From NCBI GenBank assembly GCA_965223415.1, contig OZ245002.1, forward strand, positions 160,001 through 224,000: a DNA stretch of 64,000 nt, read 5' to 3'. Below the pieces are notes generated by a model, which was given only the letters and a program-made list of their open reading frames with translations, made no database searches and was not told the origin of the DNA. Source of the DNA: Myxococcota bacterium. GTDB taxonomy: Bacteria > Myxococcota_A > UBA9160 > UBA6930. Shown piece by piece: positions 22,387-35,004 of the stretch. The translations under genes were made by a program, and so were the position numbers. How positions within the stretch are numbered: position 1 is the first letter of the stretch; the number at the start of each line of letters is the position of its first letter.

Positions 22387-23781
22387 TCAGAGGATATAGC
22401 GGGAGAGGTCTTCGTCCTGCACCAGCCCGGAGAGCCGCTCCTCGACGAAGGCCCGGTCCACCCGCACGTGGCTCCCGGCCCGGTCGGGCGCGTCGAACGA
22501 CACCTCGTCGAGCACGCGCTCGAGGAGGGTGTGGAGGCGGCGCGCGCCGATGTCGTCGGTGCGCTCGTTCACCGTGGCGGCGATCTCGGCGAGGGCTTCG
22601 ACGCCGTCGTCGGTCACCTCGAGCCGGACGCCTTCCGTCTCCAGGAGCGCCGTGTACTGGCGCACCAGCGAGTTGCGCGGCTCGGTGAGGATCCGGACGA
22701 AGTCATCCCGGGTGAGGCTCTGCAGCTCGACGCGAATGGGGAAGCGACCCTGGAGCTCGGGAATCAGGTCCGAGGGCTTCGCCACGTGGAAGGCGCCGGC
22801 GGCGACGAACAGGATGTGGTCCGTGCGCACCGGGCCGTGCTTGGTCTGCACCGTGGAGCCCTCGACGATGGGCAGCAGGTCCCGCTGCACGCCCTCGCGG
22901 GAGACGTCGGGGCCGCCGGCCCGAGCGCCCTCCCCTCCCGAGGCCACCTTGTCGAGCTCGTCGATGAACACGATGCCGGCCTGCTCCACCCGCTCCACGG
23001 CGAGCTCACGCACCCGGTCCATATCGACCAGCTTGCCGGCTTCCTCGGCGGTGAACACCTCGAGGGCGGCGGGCACCTTGAGCCTTCGCACCTTCGTCTT
23101 CCCGCCGAACAGGCCCCCGAGCATGTCCTTGAACTGGACGCCCATCTCCTCCACGCCCTGGGGCGTGAAGACGGACATGGTCGGCGCGCCGCCGCCGTCG
23201 GCGACCTCGACGTCGATCTCCCGCTCGTCGAGCTTGCCCTCGCGCAGCCAGCGCCGGAGCTTCTCGCGGGTCTCGCCGGTCTCCGTCGGGGGCACGGGCG
23301 CGTCGGGCGCCGGCACCCCGGGCTCGGGCATCGGAAACGCAGCGGGGCCCGGGGCCGGCGGGGGGAGCAGCGCGTCGAGCACCCGCTCCTCCGCGCGCTC
23401 CTCGGCCTTGGCGACAACCGAGCGCTTCTCCTCTTCGGTCACGAGCTGCACCGCCAGGTCGGCCAGATCCCGCACGATCGACTCGACGTCCCGCCCGACG
23501 TAGCCGACCTCGGTGAACTTCGACGCCTCCACCTTGAGGAAGGGCGCCTGGGCGAGCTTGGCCAGGCGCCGGGCGATCTCCGTCTTCCCGACGCCGGTGG
23601 AGCCGATCATGATGATGTTCTTCGGCGCGATCTCCTCACGCAGCTCCTCCGGCACCTGCTGGCGCCGCCAGCGGTTGCGCAGGGCGATGGCGACCGCGCG
23701 CTTCGCCTCGTGCTGGCCGACGATGTAGCGGTCGAGCTCCGAGACGATCTCCCGCGGCGTGAAGGCGTGTCCCCCGTTCAC
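22387..23781 (-). CDS. hslU: ATP-dependent protease ATPase subunit HslU
   Basis: GTG at 23781 overlaps the hslV stop. [41 protein letters not shown]. Confidence 0.97.
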   Translation of the reverse strand: MNGGHAFTPREIVSELDRYIVGQHEAKRAVAIALRNRWRRQQVPEELREEIAPKNIIMIGSTGVGKTEIARRLAKLAQAPFLKVEASKFTEVGYVGRDVESIVRDLADLAVQLVTEEEKRSVVAKAEERAEERVLDALLPPPAPGPAAFPMPEPGVPAPDAPVPPTETGETREKLRRWLREGKLDEREIDVEVADGGGAPTMSVFTPQGVEEMGVQFKDMLGGLFGGKTKVRRLKVPAALEVFTAEEAGKLVDMDRVRELAVERVEQAGIVFIDELDKVASGGEGARAGGPDVSREGVQRDLLPIVEGSTVQTKHGPVRTDHILFVAAGAFHVAKPSDLIPELQGRFPIRVELQSLTRDDFVRILTEPRNSLVRQYTALLETEGVRLEVTDDGVEALAEIAATVNERTDDIGARRLHTLLERVLDEVSFDAPDRAGSHVRVDRAFVEERLSGLVQDEDLSRYIL

Positions 23782-24314
23782 GGCAGGGTCACCACGGAGA
23801 TCTGGTCGTTGGTGTAGATGCAGATCTCCGCCGCGATCTCGAGGGCGCGGCGAGCCACCGCCTCCGCGCCGACGTCGGGACGATCGGCGAGGGCGCGGGC
23901 CGCGGCCAGGGCGTAGGCGCCGCCGGAGCCGATGGCGGCGATGCCGTCGTCGGGCTCGATCACCTCGCCGTTGCCAGACACCACCAGCACGCCGCTGGCG
24001 TCGCCGACCAGGAGCATCGCCTCGAGGCGACGCAGCATGCGGTCGGTGCGCCACTCCCGGGCGAGCTCCACCGCCGCCCGGCGCACATTGCCGGGATGGG
24101 CCTCGAGCTTGGCCTCGAGGCGCTCGGAGAGCGCCAGGGCGTCGGCCACTCCGCCGGCGAAGCCGAAGACGGCGCGCCGCTCGGCCGCCTCGCGCACCTT
24201 CTGGGCGCCGTGCTTCATGATCGTGTCGCCGACGGTCACCTGCCCGTCGGAGGCCATGGCGATGCAGCCGTCCTTGACGACGCCGATCACGGTGGTCGAG
24301 CGGGTCTCGCTCAT
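23778..24314 (-). CDS. hslV: ATP-dependent protease peptidase subunit HslV
   Basis: Catalytic N-terminal [31 protein letters not shown]. Confidence 0.97.
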   Translation of the reverse strand: MSETRSTTVIGVVKDGCIAMASDGQVTVGDTIMKHGAQKVREAAERRAVFGFAGGVADALALSERLEAKLEAHPGNVRRAAVELAREWRTDRMLRRLEAMLLVGDASGVLVVSGNGEVIEPDDGIAAIGSGGAYALAAARALADRPDVGAEAVARRALEIAAEICIYTNDQISVVTLP

Positions 24315-25246
24315 GGTCGTGCACTCCCGCGGCGCCGCCCCCGCTTCCCGCGGGCCCTGGGATGGGCCTCGTCGTAGACCTGCATCAGGTGCTCGGCGGA
24401 GACGGCGGTGTACTTCTGGGTCGTGGAGAGGCTGGCGTGGCCCAGCAGCTCCTGGATGGCGCGCAGGTCCGTGCCCATGTCGAGGAGATGGGTCGCATAG
24501 CTATGGCGCAGCCGGTGGGGGTGGATGCGTCCGCCGAGACTGGCCAGCCGGGCGCGGCGCGCCAGACGTCGGCGCACGTCGCGGGCGCCGAGCCGACGCG
24601 GCGGCTCGCCCTTGCGCACCCGCAGCGACGTGAAGAGCGGCTCCGAGAGCACGCCCTGGCCGCGACGCGGGTCGAGCCACGCGCGCAGCGCCTCGCGGGC
24701 CGCGCTCGGCAGCGGCACCACGCGTTCCTTTCCGCCCTTGCCCCAGACCCGCACCTCGCCACGGTGCAGGTCTACGTCCCGCACGTCGAGGGCCACCAGC
24801 TCTCCGACCCGCAGCCCCGCCCCGTAGAGGAGCTCCGCGATGGCGCGATCCCGCGGCGCCGCGGGCCCTTCGTCCTCGTCGGACGCGTCCATCAGGTGCT
24901 GGCAATCATCGACCGCAAGGGGCGAAGGCAGGCCGCGCGGGGCGCGCGGCGTCGGAATGCCGAGGCTCGGATCCGCCGCGCGCTCCCCCTCCCGCACCAG
25001 GAAGCGGAAGAAGCAGCGCAGGGAGGCGAGCTTGCGGCCGAGGGTGGTCGGCGCCAGGGCGGCATGGCGATCGGCGAGGAAGGCGCGCACGTCGTCCGGC
25101 CGAGTCCGCTCGGGACGGCTCCGAGGCCCGAGGGCCAGGGCGAGCTGCCGGACGTCCGAGAGGTACGCCCGCACCGTGTGGTCCGAGAGCCCGCGCTCTC
25201 CGCGCAGGTGGCGACCGAAGGCGTCGATGCACGCGTCCCAGCTCAC
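24311..25246 (-). CDS. xerC: Tyrosine recombinase XerC
   Basis: GTG at 25246 overlaps the trmFO stop. Catalytic residues in [36 protein letters not shown]. trmFO-xerC-hslVU context. Confidence 0.92.
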   Translation of the reverse strand: MSWDACIDAFGRHLRGERGLSDHTVRAYLSDVRQLALALGPRSRPERTRPDDVRAFLADRHAALAPTTLGRKLASLRCFFRFLVREGERAADPSLGIPTPRAPRGLPSPLAVDDCQHLMDASDEDEGPAAPRDRAIAELLYGAGLRVGELVALDVRDVDLHRGEVRVWGKGGKERVVPLPSAAREALRAWLDPRRGQGVLSEPLFTSLRVRKGEPPRRLGARDVRRRLARRARLASLGGRIHPHRLRHSYATHLLDMGTDLRAIQELLGHASLSTTQKYTAVSAEHLMQVYDEAHPRARGKRGRRRGSARP

Positions 25247-26571
25247 GCCGCGTCCTTCGCCCCGCCGATCGCGGCGCGGAAAGGCTCGAGCGCTTCGAGA
25301 GCGCGAGCGGTGAGACGCCCGTTCTTCTCGCGCTTCTTCATGCGCTTCGTCCCGTTCAGCGGGGGAAAGAGCCCGAAGTTGACGTTTGTGGGCTGGAAGT
25401 CCGACTTCGCCTCCCGCAGATGGCCGAGAAGCGCCCCGTGGGCCGTGCTCGGGTGAGGTTGGGGCGCGGGCGCGCCGCGGGCGGCGGCCCCGGCGAACAC
25501 GCCGCCCAGGAGACCGAGCGCGGCCGACTCCACATAGCCCTCGACGCCAGCCATCTGCCCGGCGACGAACAGGCCGGGACAAGCGCGTAGCTCGAGGCTC
25601 TCGCTCAGCTGCTGAGGCGCGTTCAGGAAGGTGTTGCGGTGCACCGAGCCGAAGCGCGCGAAGACGGCCTCGCCCATGCCCGGCAGGCTGCGGAAGATGC
25701 GCTTCTGCTCGCCGATGCGGAGCTTGGTCTGGAAGCCCACCAGGTTGAAGAGGACGCCGCGTTTGTCCTCCTGGCGAAGCTGCACCACCGCGAAGGGCCG
25801 CCGGCCCGTGCGCGGATCCACCAGACCCACCGGCTTCATCGGCCCGTAGGCCAGGGTGTCGGGGCCGCGGCGCGCCATCTCCTCGATCGGGAGGCAGCCG
25901 TCGAAGTAGAGGGCCGCCTCGAAGCGGTGCAGGGGCACCGTGTCGGCGGCGAGCAGGGCCTCGACGAAGACCCGGTAGGCGGGCTCGTCCAGGGCGAGGT
26001 TCAGGTAGTCGCCCTCGCCGTCCTCCCAGCGGGAGGCGCGGAAGGCGACGGCTGCGTCCACGGAATCGGCGTAGACGATGGGCGAGATGGCGTCGTAGAA
26101 GTAGAGGGACTCCTCCCCGACCCGCGCCTGCAGCGCGGCAGCCAGGGGGTCGGAGGTGAGGGGGCCCGTCGCCAGCACGGTCGGCCGGTGATCGGGTAGC
26201 GAGGTCACTTCCTCCCGGCGCACCTCGATGGCCGGATGGCTCTCGAGCCGCTCGGTGATCCGCTTCGAGAACTCGAGCCGATCCACGGCCAGCGCGCGGC
26301 CGGCGGGCACCGCCGTCTCGTCCGCCGTGCGCATCACCAGCGAACCCAGCCGCCGCATCTCCTCCTTCAGGAGGCCGACTGCGTTGCCGGTGCCGCTCGC
26401 CCGGAAGGAGTTGCTGCACACCAGCTCGGCGAACTCCGGGCTCTGGTGGGCCGGCGAATACTGCACCGGCTTCATCTCGTAGAGGCGGACGCGCAGACCG
26501 CTGCGGGCGAGCTGCCAGGCAGCCTCGCTCCCGGCCAGGCCGGCACCCACCACGACGACGTCCACGGCCAC
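25243..26571 (-). CDS. trmFO: Folate/FAD-dependent tRNA m5U54 methyltransferase
   Basis: GAGLAGSEAA, ELVCSNS, GPMKPVGL, HRNTF, GVEGYVES. Confidence 0.96.
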   Translation of the reverse strand: MAVDVVVVGAGLAGSEAAWQLARSGLRVRLYEMKPVQYSPAHQSPEFAELVCSNSFRASGTGNAVGLLKEEMRRLGSLVMRTADETAVPAGRALAVDRLEFSKRITERLESHPAIEVRREEVTSLPDHRPTVLATGPLTSDPLAAALQARVGEESLYFYDAISPIVYADSVDAAVAFRASRWEDGEGDYLNLALDEPAYRVFVEALLAADTVPLHRFEAALYFDGCLPIEEMARRGPDTLAYGPMKPVGLVDPRTGRRPFAVVQLRQEDKRGVLFNLVGFQTKLRIGEQKRIFRSLPGMGEAVFARFGSVHRNTFLNAPQQLSESLELRACPGLFVAGQMAGVEGYVESAALGLLGGVFAGAAARGAPAPQPHPSTAHGALLGHLREAKSDFQPTNVNFGLFPPLNGTKRMKKREKNGRLTARALEALEPFRAAIGGAKDAA

Positions 26572-26649
26572 TGGCCCTCCCGCGCTGCCCCGCGCGTGAC
26601 GCCGGAATGTAGCCGCCGCGGAAGGTGACGCCCCGAGGGGCGCCGGCGC

Positions 26650-27753
26650 TCAGCTCCGGGGGCCCAGCGCCCTCCAGCGCCCGTCCCGATCCCGGGCGAC
26701 CCGGCCGCCCAGCTCGAGCTCGAGCAGGGGACCCGCCAGCTCCGGTAGCCCGAGGCGCAGCGCCCGCGCCAGTTCCTCGCGGGTGCGCGGACGTGCCACC
26801 AGGCTGGCGAGGATCCGTCCCTCGATGGCGCCAGCCGGCCCCGGAGCCCGCTGCTCGTCCCGTCCGGCGGGCAGACCCAACGCCACCAGCACGTCGGCGG
26901 CGCCCTCCACCAGGCCGGCCCCCTCGCGCAAGAGCTGGTGCGGACCGCGGCTGGTGGGTGCGTCGACCGGTCCCGGCACCGCGAACACGTCGACGCCCTG
27001 GTCCGCGGCGTGACGCGCCGTCGTGAGGGAGCCCGAGCGAAGCCGCGCCTCCACCACGATCACCGCCTCCGAGAGCGCGCTGATCAACCGGTTGCGCAGG
27101 GGGAAGTGGGGCGCCCGGGGCGGCGCGCCGAGGGGAAGCTCGCTCACCACGCCGCCGGACCCGGCGATGCGTCCCGCCAGGCCGCGGTGGCTGGCCGGGT
27201 ACACCCGGTCGGGGCCGCAGGCCTGGAAGGCCAGCGTGACGCCGCCGGCGTCGAGCGCCCCCTCGTGGGCCGCCCGGTCGATGCCCCGCGCGAGGCCCGA
27301 CACGATCACGAGGCCCGCCTCCGCCAGCCGCCCGGCCAGTCGCGCTGCGATGTCCCGGCCGGGGGCGGTGGCCGCCCGGGCGCCGACCATGGCCACGGCA
27401 CGGGCCGAGAGCAGCGCCGGAAGCCCCCGCACCGCGAGGACCGGCGGAGCATCGGCGAGACGCCGCAGCCGCGGGGGATAGGCCGGCGACGTCCACGGCA
27501 CCAGCACGACGCCGCCCCGCGACAGCCGCGCCCTCGCCTGCGCGACGTCGTCGGGCGCCAGCAGGCGGGCGTCGGGGGTGCGGGCGAGCAGTGCTTCCGG
27601 CGAGGCCCCGGCCCGGAACGCCGCGGCCGCGAGCTCGGGCGCGAAAGCGAAGCGGGCCTGCACCGAGAGCCACAGGCGCAGCTCTTCGCGCGTCTCGGGG
27701 CGGCTGTCGGCCGGGTCGAGGGGGCCGGGCGATCCGGAGGCGAAAGGGTCCAC
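26650..27753 (-). CDS. dprA: DNA-processing protein DprA
   Basis: VSGLARGID, FPLRNRLISALS, VEARLRSGSLTTA, FAVPG, C-terminal winged helix. Confidence 0.94.
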   Translation of the reverse strand: MDPFASGSPGPLDPADSRPETREELRLWLSVQARFAFAPELAAAAFRAGASPEALLARTPDARLLAPDDVAQARARLSRGGVVLVPWTSPAYPPRLRRLADAPPVLAVRGLPALLSARAVAMVGARAATAPGRDIAARLAGRLAEAGLVIVSGLARGIDRAAHEGALDAGGVTLAFQACGPDRVYPASHRGLAGRIAGSGGVVSELPLGAPPRAPHFPLRNRLISALSEAVIVVEARLRSGSLTTARHAADQGVDVFAVPGPVDAPTSRGPHQLLREGAGLVEGAADVLVALGLPAGRDEQRAPGPAGAIEGRILASLVARPRTREELARALRLGLPELAGPLLELELGGRVARDRDGRWRALGPRS

Positions 27754-27798
27754 GGGCGAGGGCTCCCGGGACCGGGCGGGCAGAGCCTACCGAAACGA

Positions 27799-27828
27799 GA
27801 AGAGCCGGCCCGTCCGGGCCGGCTCTTC
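27799..27828 (-). terminator. Intrinsic terminator-like hairpin after the LysM gene
   Basis: GAAGAGCCGGCCCG-TC-CGGGCCGGCTCTTC inverted repeat, followed on the minus strand by TCGTTTCG. Confidence 0.65.
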
Positions 27829-27851
27829 CTTCGTTCGATCTGGGAGCGTGA

Positions 27852-29075
27852 CTACGGGTTCACGTCGGGCGAGCCGCGGAAGCGGTCGCCACGGGAGAGC
27901 TCCGTGATGGTGTGGGTGACGACGGCCACCGACGCCTCGTCCTGCACGTCCACCACGAGCAGCTTCGCCACCACGTGGTCCGGCAGCGCCACGCGCTCCG
28001 CCTTGACGGCGTCGATACCGTCGTTCATCGGGCGGTATACCTCGAGGGGACTGCCGACGGCGAGGCCGTGCTGACGACCCCGGTCGAGGTAGACCACGTC
28101 GGTGCTGCCCATCTCGAGGCGCCGCGACGGCGTGTGGACCACCAGGCCCTCCACCTGCGGCATCGGGCCGACCTCGATCTCCGCCGTGCGCGGCCGGCGC
28201 GGCAGCAGGCCGTCGCCGCGACGGACCTCGGAACGGGACAGGCGGATCGTGGCCCAGGAGCTCTCGGGGTGGACCTCCGTCACCTCGAGCCAGCCCAGGA
28301 ACTCGGTGTGGTAGCCGAACAGCACGCCGTCTTCCGGCGACGACACGCGACCGGCGGTGCGGAAGATGTCGAACTGCTCGCCCACCTGGGTCTCACCGGC
28401 CCCGAGGCCGATGACGACCTGGTCGTGGTCCTGGAGCCAGACGCGCTGGAGCGGGCTGTCGACGATCGCCGCGGCGCGCTCGTGCTGCTCGACGGTCACG
28501 AAGCCCGTCGACTGGATCTCGCTGTAGCGATAGGTCGGCGGGGTCTCGAGGCCCTCCATGCCGTCCTGCAGGGCGGCGGGCATCCCGCCCTCGCCCAGGA
28601 GGGCGGCGGCCTCGGCATCGGACACCTTGCGGATCTCGTGGGGCGTGATCCAGAGGTGGTCGCCGGGGAAGATGCGGTGGGGATTCTCGATCTCCCCATT
28701 GTCCTTCCAGATCGACGGCCACACCCAGGGCGTACCCAGGTAGGCGTCCGAGATGTCCCACAGCGTGTCGCCGCGCTGCACCGTGTGCAGGCGACCCGTG
28801 CGACCGTTCTCGTCTTCGCCGAGCGGCCCGAGCTCCACGGCGGAGCGACCGGACTCGGGCGTGACTTCGGTCACTTCGTGGTCGGCCTCGGTCGCGGTCG
28901 CGTCCTCCGCGGCCACGGCTTCGGACGCCGCGGCGGCCTCCGGGGCCATCGCTTCGGGCGCGGCTGCGGCCTCGGCAGTGGCCATGGCTTCGGGCGCGGT
29001 CGCCGCGTCCTCCGCCAGAGCGGGCGCCGCCAGCAGGCTCGAGATCAGGGTCAGGGCGAGCTTCGAGGACCTCAT
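27852..29075 (-). CDS. LysM peptidoglycan-binding protein, TsaP-like
   Basis: Signal peptide, Ala/Glu/Pro low-complexity linker, HTVQRGDTLWDIS..WVWPSIW..NPHRIFPGD and a beta-rich C-terminus. Directly upstream of dprA. Confidence 0.82.
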   Translation of the reverse strand: MRSSKLALTLISSLLAAPALAEDAATAPEAMATAEAAAAPEAMAPEAAAASEAVAAEDATATEADHEVTEVTPESGRSAVELGPLGEDENGRTGRLHTVQRGDTLWDISDAYLGTPWVWPSIWKDNGEIENPHRIFPGDHLWITPHEIRKVSDAEAAALLGEGGMPAALQDGMEGLETPPTYRYSEIQSTGFVTVEQHERAAAIVDSPLQRVWLQDHDQVVIGLGAGETQVGEQFDIFRTAGRVSSPEDGVLFGYHTEFLGWLEVTEVHPESSWATIRLSRSEVRRGDGLLPRRPRTAEIEVGPMPQVEGLVVHTPSRRLEMGSTDVVYLDRGRQHGLAVGSPLEVYRPMNDGIDAVKAERVALPDHVVAKLLVVDVQDEASVAVVTHTITELSRGDRFRGSPDVNP

Positions 29076-29214
29076 GGTTCCCTCCGACCGTCCCCTCGAG
29101 CGCAACAGGCCCGGAGGACGCTGGGGTCTTCCATCGGCCGGGCAGCCCGCGGCCTTGACCCCTCACGAAGGTGCAACGAGACCCTCGCCCGGAACCCCTC
29201 ACGGTGGTGCAGCT

Positions 29215-31686
29215 CTACGAGCCGAGGCGCTCCAGGCCGGCCTTGACCTCCGCCGCCCAGGGAGGCTCGGGTCGGGCGGGCTCGCCTTCGGGGGTGTCGA
29301 CGTACTGCTCGATCTCCGCCACGGCCTTCTCCCAGGCCTCCCGCGCCCTCTCGGGCTCGGCGTTGGCCTCGTAGGCCAGGGCCAGGTGGTGGCGGACCAG
29401 GGAGATCTGCCGGTCGTCCGGCTGCATCCCGCCGACTGCCTCCTTCAGGTAGTCGATGGCGGCCGAGGGGACGTTCTTCTTGTAGAGGACCCAGCCCAGC
29501 GTATCGGCGGCGTTGGGATTGTCCGGCAGCATCGACTTGGCCTCCTGGGCCAGGTCGAGGGCGCGGTCCAGGTTGCCGTCCCGCTCCGCGAGCAGGTAGG
29601 CGAGGTTGTTCTTCGCCACCGCCAGCTCCGGCGCGAGGCGGATCGCCTCCTCGTAGCGCTCGATGGCACGGTCGGTGTCCTGGTTCATCTCGTAGAGCGT
29701 GCCCACCACCAGGTGCAGCGGCCCGAAGTTCGGGTTCGCCTCCAGGGCCCGCTCGTAGGTCTTGAGCACCTCGTCGGACTGGCCGGTGATGGCCAGGAAG
29801 CGCGCCAGGGCGTCGTACCCGCCGAGGTTGTTCGGATCCAGCTCGATCGCCTTGCGGAAGGCCGCATCCGCGTCGCGCACCCGGTTGGAGTAGGTCGCGA
29901 CCCAGCCCGAGAGCTGCCTCAGCGGCGCGCTCTCCGGATGCGCCTCGACGGCCTTGGCGACCCGCTCCACCGACGGGCTGATGTCTCCCTCGCGCAGCTC
30001 CAGGTCGAGGAGGGCCCGCAGGATCTCGTAGCGATGGGGCTCGTGGGCATCGGCGGTGAGGAAGTGCGCACGGGCCGCCTCCGGATTGCCGAGCAGGGTG
30101 TGGACGCGCCCGAGCGCGTACTCGCCTTCGGCGCCGCGCGCGTCCGCAGCGATGCTCTCCAGCTCCCGCAGGGCCGCCGGCGTGTCGCCCTTCCGCACCT
30201 GGCTCTGGGCCACCAGGATCTGCAGGGAGGCGTCGTCGCCGACCGCATCGAGGACGCGGCGGCCGCTCTCGACGGCCAGGGCGTGATCCCCGAGTGCCGC
30301 ATGGATGCGGGTCATCAGCTTGTGGGCGTCGACCAGGTTCGGGTCGAGCTCGAGGGCCCGGGCCACCGCGGCTCGGGCGCCGGGACGATCCCCCGAGAGG
30401 AAGAGCGCCGAGCCCAGCAGGTAGCGGCCCTGAGCCCAGTCCGGGCGAGCGTCGAGGGCGCGCCGCATGGCGGCGGCCCCATCGTCGAACTTTCCCTCCG
30501 CGAGATCGATCTTCGCCCTCACGAAGAGGGCCTGAGGCGAGCCCTCGTCCCTGGCGAGCACGGCCTCGACGATCGCGCGGCCCTGGGCGATGCGCGTCTT
30601 CTCCTTGTTGCGATAGCCGAGGTCGACCAACACCTCGGCGCGGCGCAGCTTCGCCAGCTCGTCCTGGGGCGCGGCCTTCAGGGCGAGCTCGGCGGCCTCG
30701 AGGGCACCGTCCAAGTCGCCGTTCTGTCCCCGGTAGGTGGAGAGCAGCAGGAAGGGCTTCGGATCGCTCGGATCCGCCTCGGTCGCCTCCTGAATCATGG
30801 CATCCGCCTGCTCGCGGCGGCCCTGGGAGTGGTAGAAGCGGGCGAGGGTGTAGATCAGCTCGACGTTCTTCTCGGCGTCGATGCCCTTGCGGAGGATCGC
30901 CTCGGCGTCGTCGGCCCGCTCCCGGGTCATCAGGAAGTTGGCGAGCATGGTGTAAGCGCCGACGCGCTCGTCCGGCTCCGAAAGCTCCAAGGCCTGGTGG
31001 AAGGTGGCCTCCGCCTCCTCGTCCCGATCCATCGACGCGAGGAAGCCGGCCAGGGCCGCGTGGCTCGCGAAGCCGGGCTCGATCTTCGCGACCCTGCGGA
31101 AGAGCACCTCGGCCTCGTCGCTGCGCTCTTCGCTCCGCAGGTAGTTCGCGTAGAGCAGCAGGGGGCCGGCCTCGTCGGGCGCCACGTCGGCGGCGGCCTT
31201 CAAGGCGAGGCCCGCCTCGTCGGACCTGCGCAGGGCGCCGAGCGCGCGGGCACGCAGCACATGGGCCTGCCACTGGCTCTCGTCCTGGGCGAGGATCTCC
31301 TCCGCGTTCTGCACGGCCTGCTCGAGGTCGTCCTCCTTGCCGAACAGGAGGAACTGGCCGTAGCGAAGCCGCGCGTCCAGGTTGGCGGGATCCAGGCGGA
31401 CCGTCTCCTGGAGCTCCCAGTAGGCGCGGCGGCGGTCGCCCTTGCCGAGCATCGCCTGGGCCAGGCCCCAGTGGGCGGCCGCGGCGTTCGGATCGATCTG
31501 GAGCATGTTGCGGAACTCGATCTCCGCCTCGGCCCACGCCTCCTCGTCGAGATAGGCCTGACCCGCCACCCGGTGCTCCTCGAGCCGGGCAGCCGGGTCC
31601 GTGCACGCCAGCAGCGCGAGGCTGGCGGCGAGGAAGATCGCAAGGAGGGCCCGAGCCACGCGGGCTCCCTTCCCATGGACGACCAT
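29215..31686 (-). CDS. Large TPR-repeat lipoprotein, PrsT-like (PEP-CTERM system type)
   Basis: GGAGG RBS, lipobox LLAC, many TPRs, C-terminal NNLAYLL..DTLGWV..HLALAY. Confidence 0.82.
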   Translation of the reverse strand: MVVHGKGARVARALLAIFLAASLALLACTDPAARLEEHRVAGQAYLDEEAWAEAEIEFRNMLQIDPNAAAAHWGLAQAMLGKGDRRRAYWELQETVRLDPANLDARLRYGQFLLFGKEDDLEQAVQNAEEILAQDESQWQAHVLRARALGALRRSDEAGLALKAAADVAPDEAGPLLLYANYLRSEERSDEAEVLFRRVAKIEPGFASHAALAGFLASMDRDEEAEATFHQALELSEPDERVGAYTMLANFLMTRERADDAEAILRKGIDAEKNVELIYTLARFYHSQGRREQADAMIQEATEADPSDPKPFLLLSTYRGQNGDLDGALEAAELALKAAPQDELAKLRRAEVLVDLGYRNKEKTRIAQGRAIVEAVLARDEGSPQALFVRAKIDLAEGKFDDGAAAMRRALDARPDWAQGRYLLGSALFLSGDRPGARAAVARALELDPNLVDAHKLMTRIHAALGDHALAVESGRRVLDAVGDDASLQILVAQSQVRKGDTPAALRELESIAADARGAEGEYALGRVHTLLGNPEAARAHFLTADAHEPHRYEILRALLDLELREGDISPSVERVAKAVEAHPESAPLRQLSGWVATYSNRVRDADAAFRKAIELDPNNLGGYDALARFLAITGQSDEVLKTYERALEANPNFGPLHLVVGTLYEMNQDTDRAIERYEEAIRLAPELAVAKNNLAYLLAERDGNLDRALDLAQEAKSMLPDNPNAADTLGWVLYKKNVPSAAIDYLKEAVGGMQPDDRQISLVRHHLALAYEANAEPERAREAWEKAVAEIEQYVDTPEGEPARPEPPWAAEVKAGLERLGS

Positions 31687-31748
31687 GTCGAAACGCCTCC
31701 CTGGTTCCGGCGAGGGTCGGAACCTAGAGCACATCCCCTGGATCGGCT

Positions 31749-33154
<1,406 letters not shown>

Positions 33155-33158
<4 letters not shown>

Positions 33159-34183
33159 GCCAGCTCCGCCGGGAGATGCATGCGGAAGGTCGCGCCCTCG
33201 CCGGGGGCGCTCTCGAGCTGGAGCGTGCCGCCGTGGGCGGCTGCGGTCTTCTGGGCCTGGGCCAGGCCCACGCCGGAGCCCCGGGAACGGGTAGTGAAGA
33301 AGGGAGCGAAGATGCGATCGCGCAGCTCCGCGGGAACGCCCGGCCCGTTGTCGGCGACGACGAGGACGGCGCCGCCGCGTGTCGAGCCGACGGAGAGCTC
33401 GAGGCACGGCGCCTCGGTGCCCGCCTCCTCCATGGCCTGGATAGCGTTGACGATCAGATCGACGAGGGCGCGGCGAAGCTGCAGCTCGTCGACGAGGGCG
33501 CGGGGGCCGGAGGCCTCGGGTAGCCGGAGGGTCCCGCGATACGGCGCGCGGCGCGTGGCGCGGGCCGCGGCGTCGCGGACGAGCTCCGCCAGGTCGACCG
33601 GCGCCCGCTCGATGCCCTCGGGCCTCACGAAGGCCAGACAGGCGTCGACGGCGGCGCCGATGCGGCGTTGCTCGTCGAGCATCTCCTGCACCAGCTCCTG
33701 GCTCTCCGGGTCGTCGAGGCGGCGCTTCAGCAGGCCGCCGATCACCTCCATCGCCGCCAGCGGGTTGCGGATCTCGTGGGCGAGGCCGGCGGCCATCTGG
33801 CCCAGGGCCGCCAGCCGCTCCGCCAGGCGTTCCTGCTCGCTGGCGCGCTCGAAGGGCGTCAGGTCCTTGAAGAGCAGCGCCGCTCCGCCGCCGTCCCGGA
33901 GCGGCAGCAGGGTGAAGCCGATGGTCCGCCCGCTCCCCGCCAGGGAGAGCTCCGCCCGCGGGGGGTGGTCCCGCCCGGCCAGGGCCTCGCCCAGCAGACC
34001 GAGGAGCTCGGGCTCTTCCGCGAGCAGCTCGCCGGCGGCGCGCCCGACCCAGACGGAGGGATCGCCGGGCCGACCGAGCACCCGCAGCCCCTCGTCGCTC
34101 ACGACCTCGAGCCGGCCGTCCCCGTCCACGGCCAGCAGCCCGCTCCGCCACGAAGCGAGCAGCTGCTGCGCAAATCCACCCAC
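33155..34183 (-). CDS. Cytoplasmic sensor histidine kinase (PAS-like, HisKA, HATPase)
   Basis: [30 protein letters not shown]. No transmembrane segment seen. Confidence 0.9.
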
Positions 34184-34240
34184 CCGGGGCCCATCGGCCC
34201 CACACCCCCCGAGCCTGAGTTACGAAACCGAACTCGAATG

Positions 34241-34309
34241 AAGAAACGGGGCCAGAGTTGAGAATTCAGTTTCTCCGAAACTGAATTCTTAACTCTGGCC
34301 CCGTTTCTT
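34241..34309. repeat. 69-bp near-perfect palindrome (33-bp arms, 3-nt loop)
   Basis: AAGAAACGGGGCCAGAGTTGAGAATTCAGTTTC-TCC-GAAACTGAATTCTTAACTCTGGCCCCGTTTCTT, with one G-T mismatch. Confidence 0.92.
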
Positions 34310-34976
34310 AACTCGCCGGGACGAGGTAGCGCTTGCCCTCTTGGTCCAGCCAGCCGTTGCTCTTCAGCTCCTTGACCACGCGGGTGACGGTCTCGCGGGA
34401 GGTGCCGATCATGTCGGCGATCTGCTGGTGGGTGAGGGCTGGAGTGGAGAGGCGGCTGCCGTCGCCGTGGGGATCCTTCGCGAGGCGTTCGAGCAGGCCC
34501 TTGGTGCGGTCCTTCACGCGCTGGAAGGAGAGCGCGCTGGCCTGGTCGTTGACGGTGCGCAGGCGCCGCGAGAGCTCCTGGATCACGGCCATGGCCAGGT
34601 CCGGGCTCTTGCGGATCAGGCCCATGAAGTCGCCGCGGGAGAGCGCTAGCACGCGCACCGGCGTGAGCGTCTTCACCGAGGCGGAGCGCGGCGCCCGCTC
34701 GAGTAGCGCCATCTCACCGACGAAGGAGCCGGCGTCGAGGAAATCGAGGATCTTCTCGCGGCCGTCCTCGGACAGCTTGGTCACCTTCACCCGGCCATCC
34801 CGGAGGATGTACATGTAGTCGCCGGGCAGCCCCTCCTCGACGATCGTCGTGTTCCGCGGGTAGCGGCGCTCGATCAGGTGCGAGGCGATCTGGTCCAGAT
34901 CCCCATCGGCGACGTGGGAGAAGAGCGGAATGGAGCGGAGGGCCTCCAGCGTTCCCTGAGTGCTCGGGCTCGACAT
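34308..34976 (-). CDS. Crp/Fnr family transcriptional regulator
   Basis: cNMP-binding GEMAL..PRSASV and HTH THQQIADMIGTSRETVTR. ATG at 34976. Confidence 0.92.
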   Translation of the reverse strand: MSSPSTQGTLEALRSIPLFSHVADGDLDQIASHLIERRYPRNTTIVEEGLPGDYMYILRDGRVKVTKLSEDGREKILDFLDAGSFVGEMALLERAPRSASVKTLTPVRVLALSRGDFMGLIRKSPDLAMAVIQELSRRLRTVNDQASALSFQRVKDRTKGLLERLAKDPHGDGSRLSTPALTHQQIADMIGTSRETVTRVVKELKSNGWLDQEGKRYLVPAS

Positions 34977-35004
34977 GTTCCTGCCTTTCGGTCGAACGAC
35001 CCGA

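Noticed and set aside
24311..27673. 1120-aa ORF, and a possible mobile-element integrase
   Set aside because: Only the last 311 aa are real. They encode chromosomal XerC in the trmFO-hslVU context, with no att sites or phage genes seen.
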